Assembly: GCA_951406725.2 (NCBI GenBank)
Contig: OX597814.1
Coordinates: 182,280,001 to 182,344,000 of the forward strand
Source: Octopus vulgaris
Taxonomy: Eukaryota
DNA length: 64,000 nucleotides
Direction: 5' to 3'
Shown: piece after piece, positions 24,943-38,717 of the stretch
Layout of the letters: the number at the start of each line of letters is the position of its first letter
Position numbering within the stretch: the stretch's first letter is position 1
The notes under the pieces: model-generated
What the model was told of the DNA's origin: nothing
What the model saw: the letters and a program-made list of their open reading frames with translations, nothing else
Databases searched by the model: none
Position numbers and translations under genes: made by a program

Positions 24943-26464
24943 TGTATAGTAAACCTAAGACTCTTTGGTTGTTACTCCAACATTTGAGCCTCACACAAAC
25001 AACAATTATGTTAAACCAGTTTAGGTCTATAATCACTTACTTGTCAAAGTGATTGTATTCTACTAAGTTATTCATTAATTCAGTAGGATTCAATTACCTT
25101 GTTAATAATAGTTATCAGCTTTGGCCTTGTGCCAAAATCTGAAACCAATCATAGCCATCAACTCAGTAACTATTGTTTGTATTGCAGAAATTGCATTCAC
25201 CTGCTGAGCCTATGCAGTTTATTTATGCATGGCTAGGTACAGACATGCCCAGGTGCAGACATGACTGAATGGTTAAGAAGTTTGCTTTCCAGCCATATAG
25301 CTTCAGGTTCTGGCCTACTGTGTGGTACCTTAGATAAGAGTTTTCTACTGTAGCCCTGGGCCAAGCAAAGGTTTGTGAGTGGATTTGGTGGATAGAAGCT
25401 AAAATAAGCCCATCATATGTGTGTGTGTGTGTGCGCGTACATGTGCATGCATGCATGCATGTGCATGTGCATGCATGTGCATGTGCATGCATGCATGCAT
25501 GTGTGTGTCTGTGCTTATGTGTGTGTGTGTGTGCCTGTCTGTGTGTGTGTGCCTGTGTCTGTGTGTGTGTGTGTGTATGCACACACACACATGCATGTGT
25601 CTGTGAGTGATTTTGCATCTCTCTCATCTATATGTATGTTATATTCACTGGTTTGTAAACAACTGCTTCGTTAATGGTGCTATTTGCTTGTAGTCCTCTA
25701 TGAAAGCACATCAGGGCTGTTAACTGGAAGATATTATCTCACTTGGAAGCAAGTGGGGATTTATGACAGGAAGAGCATGCATCCCGCTGTAGGAAAATCT
25801 CCACTCAATCGTGCTCTCATCTGATCCATATAAGCATGGAAACGTCGCCCTTTTCAAGCCTAGCCAGGCTCATGGGTCCGCTTTCCCGGTTTCTGTGGCA
25901 TATGTGTTCCCTCCAGCTGGACGGGGGGAACACATCGCAGTGTTACTCAAGAAACAGGAAAAGAGAGTGAGAGAAAGTTGTGGCGAAAGAGTACAACAGG
26001 GGTCGCCACCACCCTCTGCCAGAGCCTCGTGGGGCTTTTAGGTGTTTTTGCTCAATAAACACACACAACGCCCGGTCTGGAAATCGAAACCACGATCCTC
26101 TGACTGCGAGTCTGCTGCCCTAACCACTGGGCCATTGCGCCTTCAAGCATGGAAAAGTAGATGTTAAAATGATGATGATGGTGGTGACAATGGTGATGAT
26201 GATGATGACGACGACGACGACAATGACAAATTCAATGATGACAATGACGACAAAGATGAAGATGATGATAGTCATTGGGTAAGAACAACAAAAATCTACA
26301 TGGTAAATTCATGTCACCTAGTAGATAAAACCAATTAGTGAAGTCAATGAATTCAATAAACAGAAGACCCAATGGTTGAGGTGGGTTTAATTAAGGTTTG
26401 GTCTCTTATTTTAAAAGTTGGGAATTGTATTCTAAATAAAGAACTAAACTCCAGGTTTACTTAC

Positions 26465-26513
26465 CTAAGACATTACAGTTACAGAATAAAAAGCACAATT
26501 CACTGTTGGAGTT
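26465..26513 (-). other. candidate 49-nt host exon
   Basis: Reverse strand ctaat branch, T-tract, cag | aactcc...cttag | gtaagt in unique sequence; one frame open (NSNSELCFLFCNCNVL). Confidence 0.4.
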
Positions 26514-26834
26514 CTGAAAAAAAAAGCCCCTAAAATTAGATATTACTAATAACTTTATAGTCTGTATATTATTACTAAGACTTGATTAGTTCCTCCCACA
26601 AAATAGTGAATATACCAGCTGATGTACAAATGTCAACTGACCATCATTAAAATACTTGAATAAAGTCAGGAAGTAGGCCATATATATTAAGTTTCTATTT
26701 TCTCAGCTACCATACAGTCTGAAAGAGAGAAATTAGTTTGTGTGCATTTGATATTAGTTTTATGCTAAGTTTCACAACCTCTGACCATCGCTCATGATAA
26801 CCATGTTTTTATAATATTGTCTTAAGATTGTATC

Positions 26835-27052
26835 CTCCTCCTCCTCCTCATCATCGTTTAACGTCCGCTTTCCATGCTAGCATGGGTTAGATGATTTGAC
26901 TGAGGACTGGTGAACCAGATGGCTGCACCAGGCTCCAATCTTGATCTGGCAGAGTTTCTACAGCTGGATGCCCTTCCTAACGCCAACCACTCTGAGAGTG
27001 TAGTGGGTGCTTTTACATGCCACCGGCACGAGGGCCAGTCAGGTGGTACTAA
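26835..27052 (-). mobile_element. RTE 3' UTR fragment
   Basis: Same tail as 2042-2340. Confidence 0.8.
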
Positions 27053-27347
27053 TGGAGAGAATTTCTACTTAGGTAAAGAAACTATTTTTAGTCTGAATAG
27101 CTAATGACATCATACAATGCAAAGGGGTACCTTGCTATCCTAACTCTGTGTCTCACCCTAAAAGAAAATTCTCAACAGCTACTTTTCTCAGTTCTTCCTT
27201 TTTAGAACTATAAACCTTTCATTACTTACTCCAGCAGTGTTATCTGATATATCCCTTGTTGATATACTCAGGGGCTCTAATTTACATGTACAGTAAATTG
27301 AAAAGGTGCATTTTATATTTATAGCTTGCATTATAGATATTGTTTAT

Positions 27348-27995
27348 TAAGGTGGTGAACTACCTGAGTTGTTAGTATGCTGGATAAAATGCTTAGCAGT
27401 ATTTTCTCTGTCTTTATATGGGGTTGAATAAATATGTACCAGTTACGCACTGGATTGATATAATCGACTTAATCCGTTTGTCTGTCCTTGTTTGTCTTCT
27501 CTGTGTTTAACCCCTTCTGAGTAGTAAAGAAATAGGTATTTCGTCTGCCACTACGTTCTGAGTCCAAATTGCACCGAGGTTTAGAAATAAGTATTTTGTC
27601 AGTCTTTATATCCTGAGTTCAAATTCTGCTGAGGTTGACTTTGCCTTTCATTCTTTCAGGGTCAATAAAATAAGTACTTGTCAAGTACTAGGGTTGATGT
27701 TATCAACTATTCCCCCACCTTCCTGCAAATTTCAGGCCTTGTGCCTGTAACAGAAAGAATTATAGATATTATTTATTGAAGGTGGTGAGCTGGCAGAATC
27801 ATTAGCACACCAGACAGCATGCCTAGCGGCATTTCTTCCAGTATACAGTTCTGAGTTCAAAATCTCCCAAAGTCAACTTTGTCTTTCATACTTTCAAGGT
27901 TGATAAAGCAAATGCCAGTTGAGCACTGGGGTCAATGTAATCTACCAATCCTTCCCCACAAATTTTCAGGCCTTATACCTATAGTAGAATAGATT
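27348..27995 (+). mobile_element. cluster of CpG-decayed family B SINE copies
   Basis: aaggtggtgaactacc / aaggtggtgagctggcag heads and gttgactttgcctttcattc cores. Confidence 0.75.
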
Positions 27996-28817
27996 ATAGA
28001 AATTGTATATTGCTATTGTTTAACCCAAGATCAGTGCTCATTGAGTAACCTATGATCAAGAGTGTTCCATCTAAGGCCATCCTGCCTTTTCTTTTCAAGT
28101 GTAGCTCAGAATACATTTTTTAATGTTCAATATAGTAGACTATAATTTGAGGGAGATTTGGCTGCTATTTCTAGCAGGTAGAGTGAATCCATGGAGGCTG
28201 CCTCAATAGCTCATTGATATTGCTTGTAATGTATGTTTCCACTTGATATCTCCTGTAAATTGTAATCTGAGAAAAATTAACTTTTGTCATTTGATTAGTA
28301 CAACCAGCCACCACTTGGGAAGGAATTGTGGTTTGGTAACATATACTCTATGTTTGGTAATTGTTTTAAGTGCCTATACAGTTGTGAGCAGATACAGGTG
28401 CCCTCTTGGGTCCTTCAACTTTGACTCACTGGATCCTTCAGGATGTAACAATGGAAGGAAAGAGGGCTACACAAGTATCCACCAGGTACTCATTACAGTT
28501 GAGAGTACCGAAGCAACATGATATGAAGTGCCTTACTCAAGGACACAAGAAGTTGCCTTGTTCAAAAATTGAACCCACTACCTTATGAGCATGAGTGGAA
28601 CATCCCAACCTCTAGGCCATGTGCCCTTTCTGTCATATGATTTTAATCAGTTTTACTCTTGTAGCAGGGATATTTCATTCATGCTTTTCAGCTATCAGCC
28701 TTGTCTTCAATGCTGTCACTTCATCATATTACAATAATCATTCTAATCATTATTTCTTAATTTTACATTTGTTGCTTCATCATAGTGTAAATTAGTTAAA
28801 TTTTCCAACGATATATT

Positions 28818-29089
28818 CTTTTCACGCTAAGAGTTGCTGAAGTATGGAACAAACTGCCGGCATCAGTTGTTAGTTGTTGGAGCACTGCATCCTTCAAAAC
28901 TTCCATGCTTCCTGAGATTCGCCAACACTACACCTGATTTTCTCCCCTCCATACACATGAAGGCTTGTATCTGATTCATACACTGTTCACTTTCCAGACA
29001 TTTGTACATTACTGCATATGCTCTATATGCACTTTTGACAAGTTGTGGTGCACCCAAGCACTGTATACAATAATTTCATTATTATTATA
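28818..29089 (+). mobile_element. CR1-clade LINE 3' end
   Basis: FTLRVAEVWNKLPASVV...; (ATT)n tail; homologous to 31251-31727. Confidence 0.8.
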
Positions 29090-29961
29090 TAAAATTATGA
29101 AATGAACACTAATATGCTAAAATCCTTTCTTTCTAATATTCTATGAACTGTAATTTTCTCAACTGGAGCTTTATGATTATCATTAATAAAAAGTTTTTTA
29201 ATGCTTTTAAAAATTATACTCATGTCAGGAAAAAAGAATGAAACTAAAACTTACATAATTCCAAATAAATTCAGATTACTCATAGATAAAATATGCTACT
29301 TATATAAATATTAATTGATGTAATTGACTTAAATAAATATGACAACTTATCATGTGATAATGATTGCATGATAGAATTTCTGAAATGGATATTCTTATTT
29401 TACTGCTTAAAATAAACAATGGTTTTGATTGTATCCAATCTGACCCCGACAGCTGATGAATATTTAAGTAAGTATTTACTGTATTTAATACTATTAATAA
29501 ATACACTTGAAAATGTGTGTGTGTGTGTGTGTGTGTGCATGAGATCACATGTACGCGTGTGTACATGTGTGTGTTTGTGTGAATTTGTGTGAGTGCTTAT
29601 GATGTGAAACTCAAGTCATTCTTTCCTTCAGGAAGTATTGAATATTTTATTTCCTCTTCTTCTTCCTTATAATCATGATCATCTTCATCATCTTGATTAC
29701 CAACAAAATTTGGCTCCTACTTTATTCCTTCCACTCCTTGTCTATTGTCTCACTCATTCCCGTATTTAACCTCCTTAAACCACTGTTAATATCTGTCTGA
29801 TCATCAAATTGAGAATTATGAGCAATTTCCTTAAATTTTCTAAGTAATTGAGCTAGAAACACAAACCACCCAGTAAAAATAACTGATATTAGAAAAAGAA
29901 CAGAAATGGTAATTTATTAACCCTATTACTGTGGATATCAGATATATACACTTAACATTTT

Positions 29962-30805
29962 TGTTACGACCTGGTGGCCATAACCCAAATTTACAGAATC
30001 AGCGAGGATAGGGTGAACCCAAAACAACAACACGCCATGAAATTTTTTGTAAAATATTAACAATTGTCAGCATAAAAAAACAGCCTACATACAAAAACAA
30101 ATATATACACAAACAAAAAAGCCAATGCCACACAAGACGTGCAGTCAAAATATTTAAAAAGGTAACATATATATATACAGTTCAGAAATTGGGACTCAGA
30201 ATCCCAGCTTCACCAACTTGATTTCACAAACTTGGATCCGTAACTCTGGATTCACAAAATTTGGTTTCACCAAAATTGGCCTCACAAATTTGGTTTTCAA
30301 AAAATATGGATTCCAAAAATTTGGATTTCATAAAATACGGATTCCAAAAATTGGGATTTCATAAAATCTGGATTTCCATTTTAGTACAAATTCGGTTTTT
30401 GAACCTTGAATTTCGAACTGTGGCTGTTGAACCTTGGACCCAGATGTGACATGGAAATTATTTTACAGCTGACAAAAGTTCTGGCAAATTCCTGGAGCAT
30501 AAAATAAATCCAAAAATGCCTAACACAAAGCACAAAGTGCATAAACTAAACAGGCAATCATAGCTTCCAGAATCCAATTGAACAACTTCGTCTCACAGAA
30601 AAAACCGTCACAAAAAGTGGGGGTACAATTATCTCTGCTTATAAAGATTTGCCAAGGTCTAGCCAATTTTTTATAGTTTCACAGTTTTGGCCAATAACAC
30701 CTAGCTTCCTCTATTTTGACAATGGACTTCATCCTGACCTTACAGTGCAGCATGAAAAACTGGTTACCTGTTTATCTTAACATTATAATTTATAATTTCC
30801 TAACA
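29962..30805 (-). mobile_element. probable solo LTR with internal ~20-bp tandem repeats
   Basis: tgtta...taaca termini, tttt flanks, aaaat(t/a)tggattcc-like array at about 30215-30380. Confidence 0.45.
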
Positions 30806-31261
30806 TTTTATTTATCTTAACTGCAGAAGTCACTTTTATTTACCAATCTGTCTTTTGTTAAAGAATGTCATGTTTGAAACTATTTTTCTTGAGACAAGTC
30901 AAGTTTATGGAGGCAACACGATTTTTAGAAAATACCACTTCTCTTCTTGAGTAGATGTTTAATATCATTACTGGAATAACTTGGAAATTTAATATCGCAG
31001 TTAAAGGTTTGAGCAGATAAACATGAGACAACGTGGCTATGTTGTCTAATTTTCACATCCAGTTAGAGTTATTTCCCTTAGGCTTACGCGCTCTTACCGT
31101 GTAATGCATAGATTAACAACTATCCATTTTCCTTACTTTGATACATTTTGAAACTTCTAACTTCAGGAATAGAATATATTTACAATCGGTTAGTTAAAAT
31201 AGGTTTGTGAAATAATTTGACGCAACATAGGCAAATTCATTGTAGTTATAATGAAAATAAA

Positions 31262-31727
31262 TCCTGACCTCCTGGAATCTGTCCAGAGACGTGCAACCAA
31301 ACGCATACCCTCCATCAGACACCTACCATATTCTGAGCGCCTTGTTTCCCTGGGCATGGATTCACTGAAGCTCCGGCGTCTAGCGACGGACTTGGTAAAC
31401 ACCCACAAGGTTATCAACCACCTCACCAACAACAACACTGAACACCTTTTTGATCTCCATGTGTCTAACACACGTGGACATGCCTACAAAGTCAGAAAAC
31501 AGCACAGCTCCCATGACTTTCGGAAACATTTTTTCACGCTCAGGGTTGCTGAAGCGTGGAATAAACTGCCTGCATCAGTTGTTGACTGCCATGACACTGC
31601 ATCCTTTAAGGCCCTCATGCTTCCCGAAATCCGTCGAAACTACACCTGATTATATATACACTTTAGATGAGTTGTAGTGCACCTGAGCACTGTACACAAT
31701 TATTATTATTATTATTATTATTATTAT
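31262..31727 (+). mobile_element. 5'-truncated CR1-clade LINE (ORF2 C-terminus still open)
   Basis: LLESVQRRATKRIP...YSERL..LGMDSLKLRRL..DL...TRGH..K...FFTLRVAEAWNKLP; (ATT)n tail. Confidence 0.9.
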
Positions 31728-31744
31728 GGTAAAAGGGGTAATAA

Positions 31745-32900
31745 AAACTTCTGTCAATATGCTTGTGAGTCTACTGCATCTCTTGGGCATCCATAGTTTA
31801 CATTAGCTACACAGTAAGAAATTCCTACATACTTCTTTTATGTATATCAGGCATGGTGACATCCTCAATTGTAGTAGAGTCTTGTCTTTTTCCCTACTAA
31901 CTAAAAGTTTTGTGCTTGCAATTTTTACTTTGTGTTTGCTGTTTTTACTTTGAAGCCTCTCAATTCTAAGCATTGCTTCCACATTTGGAAATTATTCTCT
32001 AATTCTTCTGTGGATTTGGTTTTGAGTAGTAGAACCTCGACAAATAAAAGTTTATGCAGAAAGCCAGCCTTAAACTTCTCTCTTAGCCATTGAACAGGGA
32101 CAGTGCATATATCTGCACAAAATTTTATTTCTGTTAACTGTGGAAAGCAGTTTTATCCTATAGCCTTGAAAAATAAAAAATAACATCCTTTTTTACTACA
32201 AGTGGAGACATCCCAGTTAAATGTTCTGGCAAAAAACAATTTTCACATATTTCAAAATATGCAAAAAACAATTTTCAGATATTTCATCAAATACTTCTAT
32301 TCTTTTAGTAGTAGATATGAAAAATGTCTCCATATCGGATACTGGAAAAGTATTGCAGAAGCAGAAAATGTCAATTCTATTTTTCAGCTGATAATTAACA
32401 TTATTACAGGAATTATCATAAAGTTTAATTACACAGTCAAAATGTTAAGAACAAGAGGATTACAATAAACAGAAGTTATTGAGAACCAAGTCCTGATCAA
32501 TTCCTATTTGCATGCTAAATTCCTCATTGAACTTATTGCGAACACTCTTCTCACTTTCTGCAGCATATACTTGTTGCATAACTCTTATGTGTCACTTATC
32601 TACATACATGGTTCCCTGTTAGAAGCCTTTCCCGGTTAATGAATACTAGGTATTGTAGCTTGCTCTATAAATTTCTTGCAGTTGTTTTTCTAGAAAGAAG
32701 ATATTAGTTGTATTCAGTTTTCATTATAAATCCAAACTGCATCTCATCCAAGTTAACTTATTTCCTCATTAGTTGAGCTACAATACTGTTACTTTCATAA
32801 TTTGATGTCTCTGTATTTGCATCTGTATATAGTATCTCCTTTACTCTTGTAGCAGTTGTTGATGAATACTGCTCTGTCAGTTATTGGAGGTGATTCCTTT
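31745..32900 (-). pseudogene. old RTE reverse-transcriptase remnant with a ~350-bp insertion
   Basis: Reverse-strand pieces NCYKSKGD, VNLDEMQFGF, EEFSMQIGIDQDLVL, ELENNFQMWKQCLELRGFKV, CKLWMPKRCS; not in the ORF track because of stops and frameshifts. Confidence 0.7.
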
Positions 32901-33118
32901 CTGTACCACTTAACTATGTAAATGGCTAGAGCTAATTAAAAGACTTGACGTAACATTATATACACAAGCAAATTTATTAGTTGCTGCCAAAGTTAAAGAA
33001 TGAGTTATGAAAGAAGGGCTTGGCTTACAGTCCAACAAAGTCACTCATAGCCCATGAGAGTGCGTATCCATAAATATTCTCCTCCTTCTCATTTTCTCTT
33101 TCGTTCTCTGTATATATA

Positions 33119-33220
<102 letters not shown>

Positions 33221-33464
33221 TACACACACACACACACATAACATATATATATTCTTTTATCCTTGGGTTCTTTTACTTGTTTCAGTCATTTGACAGCAGC
33301 CATGCTGGAGCACTGCCTTGAAGGATTTTAGTCAAACAAATTGACACCAGGACTTATTTTTTAACCAATGTAAACACACCAAAACTGGTTGTCAAGCAAT
33401 GATGATGGAGACAAACACAGCAGACATGAAAACACATAAATATATACATATATAGATATGTACA

Positions 33465-35070
33465 TCATCATCATCATCATCATCATCGTTTAACGTCCGT
33501 TTTCCGCGCTAGCACGGGTTGGACGGTTCGACCGGGGTCTGGGGAGCCAGGAGGCTGCCCCAGGCTCCAGTCTGATCTGGCAGTGTTTCTACAGCTGGAT
33601 GCCCTTCCTAACGCCAACCACTCCGCGAGTGTAGTGGGTGCTTTTTACGTGCCACCTGCACAGGTGCCAGAGGGGTCTGGCATCGGCCACGATCAGTTGG
33701 TGCTTTTTTTTTTTTTTTTGTGCTACCGGCACAGAAGCCAGTCAAGGCCGTGCTGGCATCGGTCACGTTCGGATGTTGCTTTTTATGTGCTACCGGCACA
33801 GAACTCATTCGAGGCGGGGTTGGCATCGGTCACGTTCGGATGGTGCTTTTATGTGCCACCGGCACAGAAGCCAGTGGATGCTGCACTGGCGACGGCCACG
33901 TTCAGATGGTGCTTTTTATGTGTCACCGGCACAGGTATCACAGCTACTACTGTTTCCATTGATATTTGGTTCGATGTTCATGTACATGCACATGCACTTG
34001 ACTCAACAGGTCTCCTCAAGCACAGTGCACAGCGAGATGTTCCGGGATCCCACGATCGGTTGGTGCTTTTTAAGCCAGTCGGGGCGGTGCTGGCATCGGC
34101 CACGTTCAGGCGTTGCTTTTTATGTGCCACCGGCACAGAAGCCATTCGAGGCGGGGTTGGCATCGGTCACGTTCGGATGGTGCATTTTATGTGCCACCAG
34201 CACAGAAGCCAGTGGAGGCTGCACTGGCAACGGCCACATTCGGATGGTGCTTTTTATGTGTCACCGGCACAGGTATCACAACTACTGTTTCCATTGATAT
34301 TTGGTTCGATATTCATGTGCCACCGACACGAAAGCCATTCGAGGCGGGGGTTGAGGTATCACAACTACTGTTTCCATTGATATTTGGTTCGATATTCATG
34401 TGCCACCGGCGCAGAAGCCAGTCGGGGCGGTGCTGGCATCGGTCACGTTCGGATGTTGCTTTTTATGTGCCACCGGCACAGAACCCATTCAAGGCGGGGT
34501 TGGTATCGGTCACGTTCGGATGGTGCTTTTTATGTGCCACCGACACAGAAGCCAGTGGAGGCTGCACTGGCGACGGCCACGTTCGGATGGTGTTTTTTTA
34601 TGTGTCACCGGCACAGGTATCACAGCTACTACTGTTTCCATTGATATTTGGTTCGATGTTCATGTACATGCACTTGACTCAACAGGTCTCCTCAAGCACA
34701 GCAAGATGTTCCGGGATCCCACGATCGGTTGGTGCTTTTTAAGCCAGTCGGGGCGGTGCTGGCATCGGCCACATTCGGACGTTGCTTTTTATGTGCCACC
34801 GGCACAGAAGCCATTCGAGGCGGGGTTGGCATCGGTCACATTCGGATGGTGCTTTTTATGTGCCACCGGCACAGAGCCAGTGGAGGCTGCACTGGCAACG
34901 GCCACGTTCGGATGGTGCTTTTTTATGTGTCACCGGCACAGGTATCACAACTACTGTTTCCATTGATATTTGGTTCGATATTCATGTGCCACCGGCACGG
35001 AAGCCATTCGAGGCGGGGGTTGAGGTATCACAACTACTGTTTCCATTGATATTTGGTTCGATATTCATGT
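33465..35070 (-). mobile_element. young RTE 3' UTR with expanded ~56-bp repeats and a ~670-bp higher-order duplication, nested in a family A SINE
   Basis: Monomer gtgccaccggcacagaagcc...cacgttcggatggtgctttttat; ccgggatcccacgatcgg at 34042 and 34711; SINE halves 33265-33460 and 35070-35250. Confidence 0.85.
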
Positions 35071-35351
35071 GCCTATATATAGATATAGATATATACATAT
35101 ATATACAGACAAAGGGCTTCTTTCAGTTTCCATCGATCAAATCCACTCACAAGGCTTTGGTTGATCTGAGGGTATAGTTGAAGACAATTGCTCAAGGTGC
35201 CATGCAGTGGGACTGAACCTGGAACCATGTGGTTGGGAAACAAATTTTTAGCATGCTATGTAGTACTTAGGGCAAGTGTCTTCAATTTTAACCTCATGCC
35301 AATCAAACCCATATGAGTGGATTTGGTTGATGGAAACTGTGAAAGAAGCCC

Positions 35352-35387
<36 letters not shown>

Positions 35388-35447
35388 CAGCCTAAAGTTC
35401 CATAGGTTCATGATAGGAACCTAGCTCATCTGGCTTAGGTGGCTGAA

Positions 35448-35493
<46 letters not shown>

Positions 35494-36293
35494 ATATAAC
35501 CTCAGAGGCAAAATTAGTTGATATATATATATAAATATATATAATCCTATATATAACGGACACCTATACGGTTATATATATTTATTAATTTTGCCTATGC
35601 AGTTTTATGCTTGCAGCCACTAATATCATTATCTCTTACGAGTAATAATGTTCTTTATATATATATATATACAATAATGAAATTATTGTATACAGTACTC
35701 AGGTGCACCACAAAAAGAAAGAAAGAGTGTGCATGTGTGTGTGTGTTTATTTATACATCCAAAGAACTGAATAAATTTTGGGGATCACAACGAAGCCAAA
35801 AGTATGTTGGTAAGTAGTTACGTGCTCTTCGGAAAGGATATTCATTATAAAAAATGGGCGACAAAAACATCCTGAGTTATTCCCCCTGTACATATTCTGC
35901 AATTATACACAATATAATATCTATCTATATCAATTAAACATATTAAGAAATATAATCGAAGGTTATATTGTGGATATGTTTTAGAGTATAAACTCACCGT
36001 ACGAACAAATCAATTTTTTTTTTAAATCAAAGGAAGGTTTTTATAATTCATTTGATTGCAAATCTCTCCTTGTTAAACTGTTATTTTTGTTAGCCGTTGA
36101 AAAACACAAAAACAGTTAACTTCGACCTGGTCACTATATCTTCAAATGAAGTTACACAACAAACATTTAGTAATTCATAAATCCAATTTAACCATATTAA
36201 GATTTTACTTGTTTCAATCATTTGACCATGCTGGGACACCGCCTTGACGGGTATTAGTCGAATAAATCGACCCCAGGATATATATTTTTTTAA

Positions 36294-36423
36294 AGTCTGG
36301 TACTTATTCTATTGGTCACTTTTGCCGAACCTCTAGGTTATGGGGATGTAAACACACCAATACTGGTTGTCAAGCAGTGGTAGGGGACACAAGCACAGAC
36401 TTAGACATAGATATGTGTGTAAA

Positions 36424-36455
<32 letters not shown>

Positions 36456-37005
36456 TATCATCATCATCATCATCATCATTTATTGTCCATTTTCCATTCT
36501 GGCATGGGTTGGACAGCTTGATTGATAAGACTAGGGTGGAGGGGCACACCAGGTTCCATTGTCTGTTCTGACATGGTTTCTATGGCTGATATCCTTCCTA
36601 ATGCCAACCACTTTACAGTGTACTGGGTGCTTTTTATGTGGTACCAGTACCAGTGCATTTAATGCGACACCAGCATGAGTGTATTTCATGTGGCACCAGC
36701 ACCGGTATCAATTTTGCTGTGGACAAGTCTTCTTGGGTACAGCAAGGTGCTAGACATCTCGGTCCTTTGTCCTCTCTTTCATAAGGCTCAATGTCAGAAT
36801 GGAAAATGGACAATAAATGATGATGATAATGATATGTGTGAGTGTGTGTATGTGTGTGTGTGTGTGTGTGCGTGTGTTTACCCACACATCTATGCCTAAG
36901 TCTATGCTTGTCCCCTACCACTACTTGACAACCAGTATTGGTGTGTCTACATCCCCATAAACTAGAGGTTCGGCAAAAATGACTGATAGAATAAGTACCA
37001 GACTT
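36294..37005. repeat. inverted duplication of a SINE/RTE-tail junction (~210-bp arms)
   Basis: 36294-36501 is the reverse complement of 36794-37005, including private variants (aacctctag, gacttag). Confidence 0.8.
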
Positions 37006-37136
37006 CAGTACTTCGTTGTATATCTTCCTGGGTCACTCTCTTTCACAATTTCCATCCACTTGAAGTGATCAGCACTTCTGTATGCAACTGCATCACATGA
37101 TCATATACATACTGACGCACAGACACACACACATAT

Positions 37137-37184
<48 letters not shown>

Positions 37185-37203
37185 GCATATATATATATAC
37201 ATA

Positions 37204-38160
37204 CTAGCCGAATAGACAATGCCCAGGTCACTGCTGTTCTTATTCATATTAGTAAACAATAAACATAAAGATATATTTTCATGATTAATTCAAAATATCT
37301 ATACTTTATTAAAGAAAAATATCCAAATTGTAATGATAATAGAATTTAGAACTGAAAAATTCGTCAATCTTGAAGCACCTCAGAGAAAACAATATTCATT
37401 GTGTAATCTTTTGTTGGTGTCGAAATGAATAAATTGTTGCTGCTTCCAACTCACAAACAAGCAACACAGAGTTGGCCATGGGAGAAGCATGTAGTAGAGA
37501 GATCAAGTGTAACTACCTTGAGAGATTGACCCTGAGATTTGTTAATTGAAATACCAAAACTTAGTCTGACTGGAAACTGAAGCATCTTAAATTCAAATGG
37601 AATATCTGTAGGTATGAGAGGAATTTTTGGAATGGAGACATTTTCTCCTTTGTGACTACCTGTTATGATTGTTGGGCTTCATGAAAGTAAGAATTAAGCA
37701 AGTTCCATTACACAGGTGAGAGGGGTCAAGATTCCTAAGCAACATAATGGGAGCACCCAGTTTTAGTGTCAAGTTAAGCGGTGGCATCCCAGTGAGTTTA
37801 AGTGTGTTCAGAAATTCAACAGAGTTTTGAACAACCTGATCCTGATTGACTGTTGTCAATTGACCAAAGAGTCATTTCTGATGTATCAGTTAACTTTTGA
37901 AGAAATTCATGATTGAGTTTATCAACCATTTCATTAATTGGAGCAAGTATAGCTCCTTCACATAGCCAGTTTACATCAGTGTAATTGATAGATAAATTAG
38001 GAAATACTTTACCCTTAAGATCCCTAAGAGAAAGTATCATTTGACCATTCCACAAAATAAGAGGATACTGGAAAGGGATGAGTCTCTGAAACATGTTTAA
38101 GGTTGTTATCTCAAGCATGAATGAGAATATAGCGATTTTCATGGGGATCACCTACTATAA
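37204..38160 (-). mobile_element. Helitron 3' portion with degenerate Pif1-type helicase
   Basis: EFLNTLKLTGMPPLNLTLKLGAPIMLLRNLDP..LCNGT; FPVRLSFGISINKSQGQSL; FSHGQLCVA; 3' CTAG at 37204-37207 followed by T. Confidence 0.9.
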
Positions 38161-38245
38161 GGATGGCTACTTCATTAGATGTGGACTCATTAAAACAGCA
38201 TAAAATGTCCTTTACTATAGTTTACTATAGACATAACAAATGCAG

Positions 38246-38314
<69 letters not shown>

Positions 38315-38717
38315 TTCACAGACACACAGACACTCATAGAATTGATAATATTGAAATTAAGTGAAACAAAATGTAGTCAATATAGGTGCAAAACATACTT
38401 TCTGTAGCATAGTTATGCTATAAAAATCTTTTTCGGGAATATTTCCAAAAGAAAATTCTAGCGTTGGAAAGTCACCAATTTAGCAAAAATTACTGTAAGT
38501 CACTAATGCAACAAAAATGTCATTTATGATAGGTAACTTATAGAAAGATTATAATATTAAATTTTTGTGATGCAAATATGTAAAGGAAAATAAAATTCCT
38601 TTGGTAGCTGAACAATTACTGAATCTTTTGATACCTCAGACATCAAAATTGCCAACTCGGTTTTTGAATCCATAAGGAACATATGCACACTCACACACAC
38701 ACACAAACTGTTTTTGA

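Noticed and set aside
33583-35177. Overlapping 130-265 aa ORFs
   Set aside because: Open in several frames at once because of a GC-rich tandem repeat in a LINE UTR
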